The notes beneath the pieces are model-generated. The model was given only the letters and a program-made list of their open reading frames with translations, had not been told where the DNA came from and ran no database searches. A program made the position numbers and the translations under genes. A DNA stretch of 64,000 bases from Hydrolagus colliei. Its lineage: Eukaryota. Every line of letters starts with the position of its first letter. The stretch's first letter is position 1. Positions 1 to 13,584 of the stretch are shown in pieces. Where the stretch lies: the NCBI GenBank assembly GCA_035084275.1, contig CM068756.1:992001-1056000 (forward strand), given 5' to 3'.

Positions 1-315
1 ATAATAATAATCCTTGCATTTGATACAGTGCTTTTCACGTCTTCTAGACGTCTCAAAGCACTTCACAGAATATACTGTAAAGCGAATTGACTGTATTTTT
101 GAGGGCGAAACACGTAGCCAATTGCACACAGCAGTATCACACAAACAGTTGTGGATTGAAATGACCAATTTTATTATTGTGTGTTTTTTTGAGGGATTAT
201 TATCAGGTGTGTGGGGTAAGGAAACTTCCCCAAGGTTTCGCCCTGACCTGCCTGGATTCGAACACAGGTCTCTCGCTTGTAAGCGATTCCTCTAACCACT
301 GATCTACAGGACTCC
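1..315 (-). mobile_element. tRNA-derived Deu-domain SINE, near full length
   Basis: Reverse complement gives tRNA head with A box and B box (GTTCGAATCC), central GCTGTGTGCAATTGGCT, L2-type tail and (ATT)n; aligns by eye to copies at 4837, 12114 and 17151. Confidence 0.9.
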
Positions 316-822
316 ACCCTATACAAATAGAGTGAGGGTAAGTGAGAGGGAGAACTGTGTGTGGGGGGTGATGAACAGATGTTACTCATGTTATGTTATA
401 GAGGAGGGTCTGAATTCAGAGCTACGGCCAAAGGTTGGAAATTGGCCTAGTTAATGTCCCCAACCCCACCCTGTTAGCTTTAGTATCTGCATCAATGTTG
501 TTTTACTGTTTGGAAATGACTGCTTTAATGTAATGCATACAATGATCAAGGGGCATTTGGTCATACTGATGCTATTATGGATGGAATTCTAGATATCTGA
601 TGAATAAAAGTCAAGGTTAAGTGCTGTTTGCATATGAAACAGCTTTTCAGATCATAATAATTTGTTCAACTAAACACCCTTTTAAATTTCCCAGGGATTT
701 CTGTGCTCACAATCTTTTTCTGTTTTTCAGTAAGATTTATTCAGAATGTATATATTTTTTCCCCCTCAAATTGCCATGGGTGAAACGCATATTTTGTAGG
801 GTGAATTTCACTCCCTCTCATT

Positions 823-854
823 CCCGACCCCCCCCCACCCCCCCCCCCCCCCCC
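823..854. repeat. Poly-C tract (G-run on the pre-mRNA strand)
   Basis: About 30 nt of nearly pure C. Confidence 0.9.
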
Positions 855-1031
855 AAACACACCCATCAAACACAGCTTTGCATCTTAACAAGGAAGCTTT
901 GCGTTAATTTTTTTATTTTCAATATGACACACTGGAAGATTTTTGTCTCCATTTTACACAGAAAAGTAAATACCTCACTTTGGCTGCTGCCAAATCCTAT
1001 TAGAGATGCTATGAATTCAGCTTATACCCAC

Positions 1032-1094
1032 CTCATTACAAGCCTCCAGGTATTTCTGCTTCAGTAGGTTGAGCTCGTTGTGTAAGGTATCTCC
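1032..1094 (-). CDS. PMFBP1-like exon (63 nt, phase 0-0; last visible; absent from ORF track)
   Basis: long pyrimidine tract then ttgacag|GGA...GAG|gtgggt; GDTLHNELNLLKQKYLEACNE. Confidence 0.75.
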
Positions 1095-3822
1095 CTGTCA
1101 AGCAGAACCAGAAAAGGAGAAGAAAAATGAACACAGGACAACATGACACTCTTGGATATTTATTCTTAATCAAATCTTTCACTCATGCTTATTTTCGCAT
1201 TGTGCAACTCCTCATATATGTCTTCTAGGCACAGAGGTTTGTGACCTCCATAGAGCTTCGGTTGAAATTCAGCTTACACCACTGTTTAAAACAACCAAGC
1301 TATTCTAACTGTTTTTTTAGAAAAAAGAAAAACATGAAGTCATTTCGGAATCAATTTGGATTTTTTGTGGTGTTCTTTGTGTTCATTAATATGATGGGTG
1401 CAGTTTGTGAGAATCCAATTTTAATGAATGCTTATTTTTTTTCTTTCTTTAATTTCAGGATAATTGTATATAAACAGTATACAATGTGATAAGCTGAAAC
1501 CAATTAAACCTGCTGCACAGATCAAGCTAGCAGAATTGTTAATTTAATCATTCTACCATTGAGAATAATAGTTTAAGACATCTTTTAAAAAATGCAAGTT
1601 AAAGAACATAAATTTGAATGCATTCCAGTGCCTGTGCTTTGGAGATTTCTCAGTTAACATGTTGAGTTTGTATACATATTATAAAATGTAAATATATTTA
1701 TTCATTTGTACTCTATTTCACAATATTAATGTTATGATTTCTACGTTTGGTTTGATTTAAAAAAAGATTAATTGTTACAAATGTAGCACCATTTGCTTCG
1801 TCAGTGGAAATAAATTGTACAATTTACATGACAAGAAATTTTCATTTTGACAAATAGAATGTGGAAAGCAGCATTCAGCAAACACCAGACTGTTCTCATC
1901 CCTACTTTCATGCTTTTCGGCTTGAGGCCATTTTGCGGAACTGACATCAGCATATTCTTGTACCACATAACTTGTTTTTTTGGAGGGGGAAGATGGCATT
2001 GACCTATGAACTACCAAAACACATCATTCAAGTGGAGCTGCCAAACTGATATTGGATCTTGGAAATTTTAATATAATATTTGTAAAAGTATGTTTCCTGG
2101 AAATTTAATTTTGTCAAATGAAAATTAAACATCGTGGTGCAAGCCCAATTTCTAAATGTTGACGTGCGAAACATAGAAACTCGATTTAAATATCGACTCA
2201 CAGTTGAAAAGAATCATGTTATCAAGGGCAGGAAGTATTTTGTTCAAGCCTTGTAATGAGCTGTCCTGTCACGTACTAGTGAGAAAGAAGCATGTAAGAT
2301 CGGTCTGACATAGTTGTGACTCCCAGATTCCAAAATACTCATTTATGTATTGAGCCTCAGATATAAAACCCACTGGTTTGCCATATAGGTGAACAGGTTT
2401 GTAGGGGTGTGGCTACATGCCCAGAAACAAAAGCGTCAATTTATATTGCAACAATTTTTCCGTTAATAATATTGGACTCTGTTTTCTATTGACTATTTTT
2501 TGGAATGTGGTAGAAACACTGAAAACCTTCATAAACCAGAAGGAGACAGATTTAGGCTTCACTAGCTGAACATTAGCCTCTCTATTCTCCTTCTCGGATT
2601 TGCCGCCGCCATTAACATGCACATTAAATGAAAAATCAATCTGGTTCGTTCTGTTTGCTTCAAAATATATGCGCCCTCTTCAAACGAAGTCAAACAACAT
2701 TTCCGCAGTTATTTACTAACAGACCCTTTCTGAAATGGAGACACTTCAGCCTAAATTTTCCATTACACTTAATTACGCAGCTAAACATTCCAATATCATG
2801 AACAGGCACTAACAGAGAATGTGATAGAAATAAGGTGAAAAAAAAAATCACTCTCCGGTGACACGAATTGTAATACATAGTTGAAGCAATGACTAACACA
2901 CTTTTCAACATCAATTTAAAGCCTGGCTGTGTGGACACGAGGTGGTGTAATGAATATGGCAATTTTAGCCACTGTGGATGGCATGCTATATAACAGCTGT
3001 CATGGCTGACAACATTTTGAATTCACTTTTTGTCTAGCTGATGCACATCTCTCTGGGAGTGTCATAGAAAAGACAGCTAGTAAAGGAATGCGGTGTCTTG
3101 TTTTAATAGAAATGTTCATGCACTGAAATTAGATTGAGCTGTAACCTATATTTCTTACAGTGAAAACCATATTAGGTAATAGACTTTAGGAACAAATCAA
3201 AATGGTTGTTTAAGGAAGGTGGCTTTAGAGCCGAGAGCTGATCTGTGAACTGCTTAATCCAGGTGAACCCTTTTTCAATTAATTTAGAAAGCAGTTACTG
3301 TGGGGAAAATGATTGATTTAATTAAGACTGCTTATCTAAGCAGTCGGCAGCAAAGAATACATACCAAATGAACAAATATCCTCATTTTCTGTAAAATAGT
3401 CTATGTCAGATGCACTGCAATTTAACCCTACAGTTTTCTATACCTATGGGAAAACATGGGAATATGCATCTAACTACTCTCACTCATCTTTTTTTTGCGC
3501 GTGTTCAATTCTATGGTTGAAAGGCACAACAAATTGAATTGGATAAAAACATTCCTACATGTTAAATTTAAACCTAAAAGTGTTCATTATGACTTAAAAC
3601 TTAATTCAGTGGAAACATCTAACTTTATACCATATATAAAACCATGGATTCCTTTGTCCTGCAAAGATAATTGATCACTTGAAACGAGTACATAAAATGC
3701 ATTATCTAAATATCTTTACTTATTTTATTTTGAGGCCTTTTCTAGTTGAAAGCTATCTAAGTCTGATTGCAATGTTAAGTAAATTCCACTTTTTAATCTC
3801 CGCCATTCCTGAACAACAGTAC

Positions 3823-4049
3823 AGTTCATAGAAGCGCTCTGAGACGCCGTCCGGCATGGAGGGTGCTATATAAACCGAAGTTGTTGTTGTCGTTGTTGTT
3901 GTCCGTCTTCGACGGTCCCATCGGTCACTCAAAATCCCCCCCTTTCCCTCCACCCTCCCTGTCCCCAGCTCGAGTCTGAAACAGTGACTGTCCAACTCCT
4001 TGGGATGTCCTCCTGATGTGAAAGGCGCCACACAAGTTGTTGTTGTTGT
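3823..4049 (+). mobile_element. Two tandem L2-type 3' tails with (TTG)n
   Basis: GAAGCGCTCTGAGACG...(GTT)n at 3831-3900; CCTTGGGATGTCCTCCTGATGTGAAAGGCG...(GTT)n ending at 4049. Confidence 0.7.
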
Positions 4050-4222
4050 CCTATAATATGTGCCTAACTGCAATGGTGTTATTGCTGGCTTGACTGAGGT
4101 CGGTTAATTTAGCACAGATTAATTAATGAATTAATTTCAAATAACAGATATATTTTTGGAAACAGGACCTTAGAATTGTAAAAAATCAGAGATTGATGAA
4201 ATGATCTGGAAATGAGTGTTAC

Positions 4223-4390
4223 CTCTTCAACTTTGGAGCGGTATCTTTCCCGAAGTGAAGCTAATTCCACTTTCGTTACCGTCATTTCTTCTTCCTTAAA
4301 CGTCAGCTCCTGCATGGTGTCGTGAAGCTTTCTCTGTGATAACATGAGATGATTGTTGAGTTCCATTATTCGGCCTTCGTACATGTGAGC
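4223..4390 (-). CDS. PMFBP1: PMFBP1-like exon (168 nt, phase 0-0)
   Basis: ttttcag|GCT...GAG|gtaaca; AHMYEGRIMELNNHLMLSQRKLHDTMQELTFKEEEMTVTKVELASLRERYRSKVEE. Confidence 0.88.
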
Positions 4391-4836
4391 CTGAAAAATA
4401 ATTCCCCACAAAATGTGGGGGGAAACCTAAGTAAATATCTACCGTGATCTACCAAGGAAAGGACCCGTGGCAACCGCAGAGCAGTTTGGTCCAAATCACT
4501 GGGAAGACCAAAGAGGGGTATTGGTTGGGGGAGGGACAGGTCAAAAACTAACAAAAGATAAACTTTTCTACTAGCTCAATACAAAATCTCAGAAACCTGA
4601 CATTCATGTACGGAGCAGATGCTGATAAACAAGGAGGTGGAATTCTCTACGCCTCTGCGTGCAGCACTTCTGTCGATTTACACAAGGAATAGCACCAAAC
4701 CATTAGGCTTTACAATGATCAATTCCCACCCCACCGACCCCAACCAGAAAAAACAATTCTCTATTTGATGACTCCCTGTTAGATTTATGGTTAAGCACTA
4801 AGAAATCATATTACGTGCTGCTACACACTGATCTGT

Positions 4837-5143
4837 GGAGTCCTGTAGCTCAGTTGGTTAAGCATTCATTTTACAAGCAAGAGAACTGGATTAAATTCCA
4901 GGCAGGGTGAAACCTTGGACAATTTTTCTTACTCCACACGCCTGATAAGAAACCCTTAAAAACACAAACAATAGTAAATTGGTCATTTCAATCCATGACT
5001 GGTTGTGGGACACTGCTGTGCAAAATTGGCTGCCGCATTTCGCCCACAAATATACGGTCAATTCACTTTACAGTAGATTCCGTGAAACGCTTTGAGACGT
5101 GAAAAACGCTGTATCAAATGCATGGATTATTATTATTATTATT
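4837..5143 (+). mobile_element. tRNA-derived Deu-domain SINE, full length
   Basis: GGAGTCCTGTAGCTCAGTTGG head, TGTGGGACACTGCTGTGCAAAATTGGCTGCCGC core, (ATT)n tail. Confidence 0.9.
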
Positions 5144-6813
5144 GTAGACCATCTAGCAAACTAATGTATTGTGGCATCATGTTACTCTTAACCTTCTTTT
5201 CAGGAATGGCCCACAATTTTGAGTAGATACCTGACCTGCATTCAGAACTGATACAGATACAAATGATCAAAAGTGGCATGGCTACTTATCCAATGTCAAT
5301 TCCTGACAGTGATGTACAGAAAACAAATTGATAGCAGAAATCTCCAGAATAGCTGCATAATACAGTGCTGATATTGGTAGCAACATATTAACAGTTAAAT
5401 TTAAAAAGCTTTACCGCGTTCAGCTCAACTGATAAGGTCCTAAAAAAACACAATCTGTAAGATACTATATAAAAAAAGTACTCTGAAGAACCAAAGCCTA
5501 AACCATTTTTTTTACTAAGATGAAGAGTCAGCAAATGACCTTTATATCTAAAATGCACATGAAAATCAATGGGAGATGGCTTAATGCAGAAACTAATATA
5601 AGTTTGATTTGCAAAGGGTTTTTTAATTAAGCTTCTGCTGATTAAGTGTGAGTATGTGGAGGTGAGATTACATTAATACAGGCTGCTGTTGTATTGCTGC
5701 CATATCCGGGTTAATCCTTAAGTGATCTCTGTGTCACTTGGTCTATAAAGAATAATTTCATCACAGTCATACGTTTAATCAGTTTTGAGGATGACCTTAG
5801 AAAAATTCATAGGGTTCTAAAAAATTAATTATTTCTTCATGTTTTTCATCTCATAGGACTCACTGGTTACATTTGCTCAGTTTTATAGAAATATTGGTGT
5901 GCAATTGTTATTACACAGATGATTGGGTTAATGAACTGGGTCTTATTGTTACGGATCCTTGTTGGATGTACTCTATAAAAAGATGGATTAAAGTGGGGTT
6001 ACCTTATCTAGTTGAGACGTCTAGAACACGTGAAAGGTACAATATCAAAGGCAAAGGTTATTTTTATTATTATTATAGTCCATCAGAAAACTACTATTGA
6101 CTGAACTGCCACAGTGGCAAAGCTATTATATGAACTTGAGGGAAGATTTTGCAATTAGATAAATAGAGTTTTAAATGTCGACTCGAACAAAGACAATAGT
6201 ATTGCACTCCAGTATATGATGGAGAAAGCCGTAATAATCTGTCAGTTTTATTTGAAGAGCTGAACAGCCAGTTTTCTTTTTAACCAATTCTTCTCAAACC
6301 GACTGAAAAACTTAAAGGGGTATATTGGTTCTACATCATTACTAATAAATAAAGTTTCCTTAGTTTATTAAAGCCAACACAGCGAAGCCCCATTATAATG
6401 TTGTCGTTGGGGATACATAAAATCTCAACTAACACTGTGGGTATGATCATTGGTTCACATCTCAACATCTAAGTGAACTCTGGGTTATAATGAGGGGGCC
6501 TTATAATTAGGTCCTACTGAATGCTTTCAAAGCAATTCCAACTTGGACAAATTCATCAGAAATTGATGTATCTGAAAGATCTTTTGTACATTCCCCCGCT
6601 CACCTTACATAAATCATAATTTATTAATGAATGTATAGATCAATACCAATATGTAATCTGTTTGTATTGCTTTCTTTCATTGTAACTTTTGAAAACCAGT
6701 TAATAGCACGATATTTCCTTCAACTAAATGAGGGCTTTGTTAATTTCGTTAAGAAACTGCTTCTGTGCATTAAAAAGGTATTATTGTTTTTCATCTCGAA
6801 TCATTTTTCCTAC

Positions 6814-6981
6814 CTCCTCTTCTGTTTGACAATTTAGCGCTTGCATCTTCTTCAGGTCTTCGTGTAGTCTTCTCACCCTTTCCTCATTGGCTGCATTTTC
6901 TTCAGCCAGCTGAGTATTTCTCTGCTGAGCACGGCCAATATCGTTCCTTAAGTTTGCTAACTCCCTACTCTTCTCACCCAG
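6814..6981 (-). CDS. PMFBP1: PMFBP1-like exon (168 nt, phase 0-0)
   Basis: ttttgcag|CTG...GAG|gtagga; QLAEENAANEERVRRLHEDLKKM resembles recalled [23 protein letters not shown]. Confidence 0.88.
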
Positions 6982-7020
6982 CTGCAAAATAAGTCAACGT
7001 CAGCCTCCTAAGTATGCTTC

Positions 7021-7447
7021 AAACAACAATTGCATTTAGGTAGCATCTTTCAGGTCGGGAAGATGTCAGAGGTGCTGGACAGTCAAGGGCCACATGAGAC
7101 AGGTGAGGATGGGTGTAGCAGGCTTGCGTGAACACACTGTTGCGTGAGAAAAAACAAGCTGCAGAGTTCTGGACTCTAATCTGGCCCTGACGAAAGCATG
7201 GATTAGAGTCTCGGTCTCGGCAGCTTGAGGGGAGATGTAGTGGGGAGGCAGATAATGTTGCGTGGTGGGGGGGGGCTGAAACCGAAGGTAGGAGGACAGA
7301 TGTGGGCTTTAAGGACATTTGAGAGTCGAACAACACACTGAGGTTCTGCATTGGCTCCATGAGGTGGAGTTTGCACCTGTCAAGATGGATGGCGAGGTGA
7401 GAAGGCGCTGACAGGAGCCAAGCAGGACAACCTCTGTATTGTTGTGT
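7021..7447 (-). mobile_element. L2 LINE ORF2 C-terminal relic with 3' tail
   Basis: Frameshifted peptides NTEVVLLGS, MQNLSVLFDSQMSLKP and VQNSAA match L2 KTEvlliG / vrNLGViFDs / lvQNsAAR motifs; (TTG) tail at 7021. Confidence 0.75.
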
Positions 7448-7448
7448 T

Positions 7449-7650
7449 GATCCTTGCATTTGATATTGCGCTTTTCATGTCTTCTGGACCTCGCAAAACA
7501 CTTCACAGGATATACTGTAAAGTGAATTGACTGCCTATTTGTGGGCGAAACACAGCAGCCAATTGCGCACAGCAGTGTCCCACAAACAGTCGTGGATTGA
7601 GTGACCAAAGTATTATTGGTATTTTTGGAAGGATTATTATTATTATTATT
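7449..7650 (-). mobile_element. 5'-truncated SINE (same family)
   Basis: Reverse complement of core and tail. Confidence 0.85.
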
Positions 7651-7834
7651 CAGACTAAATGCCAAAGTCCTTCGTAACCAAATCTTATCGGTCAGAATAG
7701 CTGTGGTCCTGAAGTTGAAGGGTGAGGTGTAGAACTGGGTGATTGATGTCTGCTTACATTTGGATTAAAGGGGAAAATGCCTCCATTTCTAGCTATTGTA
7801 ATGGAAGTATTATAATGTCTGTACTGTAACGTAC

Positions 7835-8002
7835 CTGCTCCATGGTCTCTTTCTGTGTACCCTGGGATGTTGTCAACTCTAGCCTGAGCTCACAGATGGT
7901 TTGATCTGCTGATGCCAGTTCCCGGGTTCCCTTTCGTGTTTGATCCTGTAAAGTGTTTAACTCTGACTGAAGTTTGGCCACTATCTCCTCATAATGAGTC
8001 AA
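7835..8002 (-). CDS. PMFBP1: PMFBP1-like exon (168 nt, phase 0-0)
   Basis: tttacag|TTG...CAG|gtacgt; LTHYEEIVAKLQSELNTLQDQTRKGTRELASADQTICELRLELTTSQGTQKETMEQ. Confidence 0.88.
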
Positions 8003-8315
8003 CTGTAAAATAGAATTATTACAGCTTTAGAAAATGTTGCACAACCAACAACAAATCTTTTTTTCCTTTCAAAGACAGTCTGAATTCTCTTAAAAATATA
8101 AAAGGTCTGGAAGATTGACAACAGAATGAATTAGTACAGATATGACAGGAAAAAGCTAATTGAATTAATGCTCGCAGTTACAAGCATAACTGACACAATT
8201 ACTTACAGACATATTTTTCAGATATGATTTTAATCATGCTTTGGTGATCAAAGTTAAAAATGTTGCCAACTATTATTAACTATAATAAACTATCTCTGAT
8301 GACTCTCATTCTGTA

Positions 8316-8439
8316 AATTGGCTGCCGTGTTTCATCCACAAAAGATACAGTCGATTCACTTTTCAGTGTATCCTGTGAAGCACTTTGAGACATCTAGAAG
8401 ATGTGAAAAGCGCTATATCAAATGCAAGGATTATTATTA
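8316..8439 (+). mobile_element. SINE 3' part
   Basis: AAATTGGCTGCC...GTGAAAAGCGCTATATCAAATGCAAGGATTATTATT. Confidence 0.85.
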
Positions 8440-10432
8440 CTGTATCATAAAGTGCTTCAAAATGTTTCTTTTACACAAAAGGGGGTATATTTAAATGTAT
8501 GTTGTTGCCGTGATTAGTGTCTAATTTTCAGTGTTAACATAATGCATTTTGGATGTCTTTTACCCGTGTTTATTTGCTGACAAAGTATAAAAACAATTTC
8601 CCTCCCTCATAAAGTCTGCTTCGTTTTTTTTTTTGCAGGATAACATGACTCAGAGAGACTGGTACATAAAAAAATTAACTTGTCTGGTTCCTTCATGTGC
8701 ATTGTAATTCAGCACACATACGTACATTGACGCATATTGCAGTGAGACTGAACTTTTTTGCTTTGAAATCAAATGCCTTGGGGTTTCCGGCTGGTGATTA
8801 AATTTCAGTGTTGTCGAGTTGGAGAAGTTAATAAACAGAAGTCTGCATTATAATTTGGCTTCAACCATCTCAAACTGTGCCAACACCAAGGCAGAACTTA
8901 ATGCAAAACTCAGGATGCTCATCCACGTAGAAAACTCTATGTAGTAATGGTGCTTTATATTTATTCTTGCTAATAATGCACCTTTTATTTTGTTGTCCTA
9001 TTCTCAAAAAACGAAGTAGAATGTTTACACTGTGTAGAAAAGCATAAGGCAGTGATTATTTCAGATGAGTTTTCCAGGGCTCCTGGAGCAAACTTGTATC
9101 TGAAGACTTCTTCATTGGCAGAGTTTATTATCAATTCCCGTATGAACCTGTATATATATGAGATACCTCGCATAGTTAGTCTTAGAATATATGCAAGGCT
9201 GATGAAGTCCAAATGAATATAGTTAATTTTTCAATCAAAGATTTACCTTCAAATTATGTTTTAACTCTGGTTATTCGGTTTGTATTCTATAATGAGGAAC
9301 CATCAGCTTTAAGTAATTTGAGGCATTGTGCCCCTGGTCTTCAGTTCAGCAACAAGCTGAGCAAGAACAATAACATTCTAAAACAGATACACTCAACAGA
9401 GAAACACAGCCATTAAAATGTTTATAGTTAAATGTCCTGTAACTGGTGGTAGAGTGCCAAAATATATTATCTAATCAAATACGATAAAGGGATAAGACAA
9501 AGAAGGAGAAAGAAAACAGTTGATAACATGATGGAACAGTAAAGAGGAAACAGAAAGTTTTTAGTTAAAAAAAGAACAATTAAAGGACAAATCTAAAAGC
9601 AAATGAACAACAGTTGATGAGTTGCCTCTCCACACTTAGGAAGCACAGAATTCTTGATCAATGACCTTGGGACATCCTCCTGACGTGAAAAGCGTTATGC
9701 AAGTGTACTTTGTTTTTGTTGTTGTGATTATCACATTATTGATCATTTTCAGAACATTTTATTATTTGACCCAAATTACCCTTGCCACGGGCAAGATTAC
9801 CGGATTTGGTTGAAGCATTCTGGCTAATTGTGCTTCTAATGTTATGGAAACACTTTATTGAAGGTTATGAAACACGGCCAGCAATGTATCGCTATCTGAT
9901 CTTGTACTGCATATCATATTCCATGATGTTTCAATCATGGGCAACATCACTATGTATGAAAATATATTTTCTGCTCATAATTTTCTATAATATCAAAGCG
10001 AATCATTTCAGTCATCGACCAACTACATACTTCCAGAATACCAAATGGTCCTGCTTACCCGTGGCAGCGTCAGGTAGTTTCTTAAATAAGTGATTATTTA
10101 AGAGCTGAAGGTGGCCTCAACCACACTTCCTGATAACCCTACACATCTGTGTTTGCTACTCGCTCTGTAAGTAAATAAATAAATCCTACTTTCTGTCCTA
10201 AACTTGCCTTCCTAACACTGACCCTATGATCTTTCGTCCTGCTATCTTGAGAGCATCTGAAAGTATTGATCTACAATTACTCTCTCTATCCTATCAACCA
10301 TCTTACAGCTCTATGAGTTTCCCTTCTGAGAGGTGTCTTGCCGAAGCTGGAGAGCCCGAACATATCTGGTCGTTACGCATAGCTTATTCCTCTACTGTTA
10401 GACAAATAGGTAAAACCTGTAATAATTTTTAC

Positions 10433-10600
10433 CTCTTTCGCATGGTGTTTGTTCTGTTTGTGAGCTGAGACCAGGCTTGTCTTGTTCAAGTGCATCTCTG
10501 ATTCACAATTTCTATGTTTACTAAGCAGGGTCTGGTATTTTCTCTGCAACTCAGCCAAACTGGGTTCGAGATTTGAAATCCGATCATCCTTGTCCTTCAG
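10433..10600 (-). CDS. PMFBP1: PMFBP1-like exon (168 nt, phase 0-0)
   Basis: ttcctag|CTG...GAG|gtaaaa; LKDKDDRISNLEPSLAELQRKYQTLLSKHRNCESEMHLNKTSLVSAHKQNKHHAKE. Confidence 0.85.
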
Positions 10601-12113
10601 CTAGGAAGCAAAATGATGATACATCAGTTTAGATGTAAATGTTCCTCCTCGCACCAATTTTCGTTAGATAAATTCTTACTGATACAAGAGGGCAGTATAT
10701 ATAATATTTTGCACATCAAGCCCACACATTTACTTTAACCAACAGTTAATGGCATTTCAGAGAAGTTTACTGTGTGGTGTGTGTATATATTTATATATAT
10801 AAATACACACAGATATATATCTAATATATATTATCTAATACTGTATGTATAATCATTGAATACGCTGTGGTTAGGTACAATACTTTTTGGTTTGCTCTTA
10901 TCCACATTCAAATGCTAATGGATAGAGAGACCTGTGCATAAAATTGTAGTTCTATAAACATCTTTATTAATCTGTATCTCTTACAGCTGATGATGCTTAT
11001 TTACAGAATGCAATACAGATCAGTCTAAAGTTAACTGGATCAAGGTTAATGCCATCTTGAAGAAATGTTATGTAGTCTACAGATACGTTTTTCCTGTTGA
11101 AGGGTTAATACTGTATGTCGTATCACAGAAGCAGAACGGTAATATATTCAGATCTATTCTACAGAGTAAGCTATTCATTATATCAGTTGTATGTAAGCCT
11201 GTCTCAAGGGAAGCATGTGTTTGAAGACCAGAGGTTTTCATTACTGACTTTTACATCTATTTGTTTAACCTTTCGCAACCTGTCCAAACACATATTTAAT
11301 ATGAGAGGAGCAGTGTGCGCAATACCAGCCATGGTAATTCTATGCTGATATTAGTGAAACGCTTTATTTTACATAAACAAAAGATATAAATAAACTCATC
11401 CAGACAATTGGGTGTTATCTGATCACAATCTTTAAGCAGACACTTAACCGAAATTCCACCTAACCTCAATAGTCTTAAGAGCTATCTTATAAGACTGTGC
11501 AGAGTTCTGGAAAATTGTTAAATTCAGTAGCAATTTGGAAGCCATATTTTAAAATACCGGTGGGAAACTGGCATCCGGATTACGAGTGAGCAAAGAACGT
11601 TCCACAATTCTGCGCAATCTTAAATTTTAGGAAACGATGATCTCACTGGGTACAACAAGGTGGACTCCAAGGCTTCCGCTCTGCACTTGGGTTCTGAAAT
11701 TTGTCATTCCTATTTAAACATGCCTATACTTAAAAGTGACAAGGGGTTCTATTCTTCTTAATGTTTTTTTTTGTCTCTATGGATTAATCCACACTCATTG
11801 CAAAATAATAGGATAATATAATTTTACCCTTCGAGCCATTGCTAAATTATAAATGAAAGATATTTAATTTTCTCTGTTACCTGAATGACATCAGGATTGA
11901 ATACAGTGAGCAAACTGACTTCATTAACGAAAGCAGCTAACTGATTAACATTAATCTAGGAGATTTTTGTTAATGTTCACAAATATAAGTGCCATTATTA
12001 AACATTATAATTGGACAATTATTGTTTGACAATAACTGATACGTATTTTGAATGAAGGTATAATTACCAGGAAAGAATCAATATGCAATTTTATTCAGAA
12101 AACCCACAAACAT

Positions 12114-12413
12114 GAAGTCCTATAGCTCAGTGGTTAGAGCACTCGCCTTACAAGAGAGAGACCTGGGTTCAATTCCAGGCAGGGCGAAACCTTGGGCACG
12201 TTTCCTTACTCCACAATTCTAAGAATAATCGTCCCCTCAAAAAATATTGGTGATTTCAATCCACGACTGTTTGTGGGAAACTGCTGTGTGCAATTGGCTG
12301 CTGCGTTTAGCCCACAAATATACAATCAATTCACTTTACAGTATATTCTGTGAAGCGCTTTGAGATATCTAGAAGATGTGAAAAGCACCATATCAAATTC
12401 AAGGATTATTATT
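12114..12413 (+). mobile_element. tRNA-derived Deu-domain SINE, full length
   Basis: TAGCTCAGTGGTTAGAGC A box, GGTTCAATTCC B box, same core and tail. Confidence 0.9.
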
Positions 12414-13399
12414 CTGAAACATATTTATTTTGAAGGAGTGAATGATAATTACACTGACTGAAAGGTTATTTGAATTAAAAAATATATATAATCTGTGAAT
12501 TCTCATATGACACCTAGCAGATCACTCTAGAATTTAAAGCTTTGTTAATACTCTATGTATTGCTCTTCCCCAAAGAGCAAATAGAATAATTCACTGGTTC
12601 TAGTGAGTTCCAGGTATTCTTCTAATTGTGCATGAGGCTGCTATAGCTGGCTAACAGGCTGTGGTACTCCTGAGTTGCTGATCTTTCTTACTTGTAAAGG
12701 ATTGCGAGAAAATCAATATCACCAGTGAGATATCCTCTATTCAATTACAGATCTAAGATGGATACAGTAACAGACATTGTAGAGGAAAAGAAATACAGAC
12801 GCAATAGATGAAATCTTGGGAGTGTACAGTACCGTCCTCCACTGGTAAAATAATTACGTTTTTAATACATTTTCCACATAAAATGTGTGCTGTTTTTTAA
12901 AAAGATGTCTCAACTCAGACAGTTCCGTGATACCTGTCACCCTGTGCCACTTTTTCTACATGGCCATTCCTCATATCTGTGTGAATGTTGGTGTGCTTTC
13001 AACTGTGGAGCAATTACATCCGAGCTTGACTCATCCACATTTTTCAGCAGGATGTCTGGCCGGCTGAGTGTCTAAAAATCATCACCACACCTTGGTCTAG
13101 TATCCAAACCAGACTGAAAATTCCATGTATGTTTGCCACCTAAACACGGAAATGTCCCTGGGTCTGGAAATGAATTGTGCGCTTTCTCCCCAGAGGATAC
13201 TTATCAGATTCCGAGTCTGTGCTGGGGTACAACCGGCTACAACCACGAATTGTAGTTTGCTATTGAAAACAGTGTCTGACGCGTTCAAACTGTGTCTTGC
13301 AGGGTTAACAGGAGCCGAACGGGATTAATTTCTGCTCCCAGTGAATAGTCTGCTCCTACAAGTCATACTTATTGTTAAATGGTCATCTTCTGTACTCAC

Positions 13400-13567
13400 C
13401 ATCTGCAAATTAGTTTTCAATTTTTCACTCATGTTTTCGTTTTCTCTTTCCAATTCTCCTGCGCGTTCTCTCACTTTTTGAAGCTGCTTCTCTAATTCTT
13501 GATGCCTTGATTGTTCGATGCTTAATTCTTCTCGAAGCCGCTTTCCCATGTCATCCTTCTGTTGCAC
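13400..13567 (-). CDS. PMFBP1: PMFBP1-like exon (168 nt, phase 0-0)
   Basis: ttttag|GTG...ATG|gtgagt; VQQKDDMGKRLREELSIEQSRHQELEKQLQKVRERAGELERENENMSEKLKTNLQM. Confidence 0.88.
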
Positions 13568-13584
13568 CTAAAATATATCGTACA

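Noticed and set aside
621-1067. 148-aa plus-strand ORF with poly-Pro; likewise 43005-43317
   Set aside because: Poly-Pro comes from homopolymer C/G tracts and the rest is low-complexity intron or antisense to an exon
1775-2017. 80-aa minus-strand ORF (and 2413-2622) as additional exons
   Set aside because: No coiled-coil character or convincing phase-0 splice pair; exons 4223 and 1094 already join in frame
12114-12190. tRNA-Val(TAC) genes at the SINE heads (also 4837, 17151, 30632 and about 240-315)
   Set aside because: Each runs directly into SINE body sequence, copies carry independent mutations and there is no proper terminator; they are SINE heads
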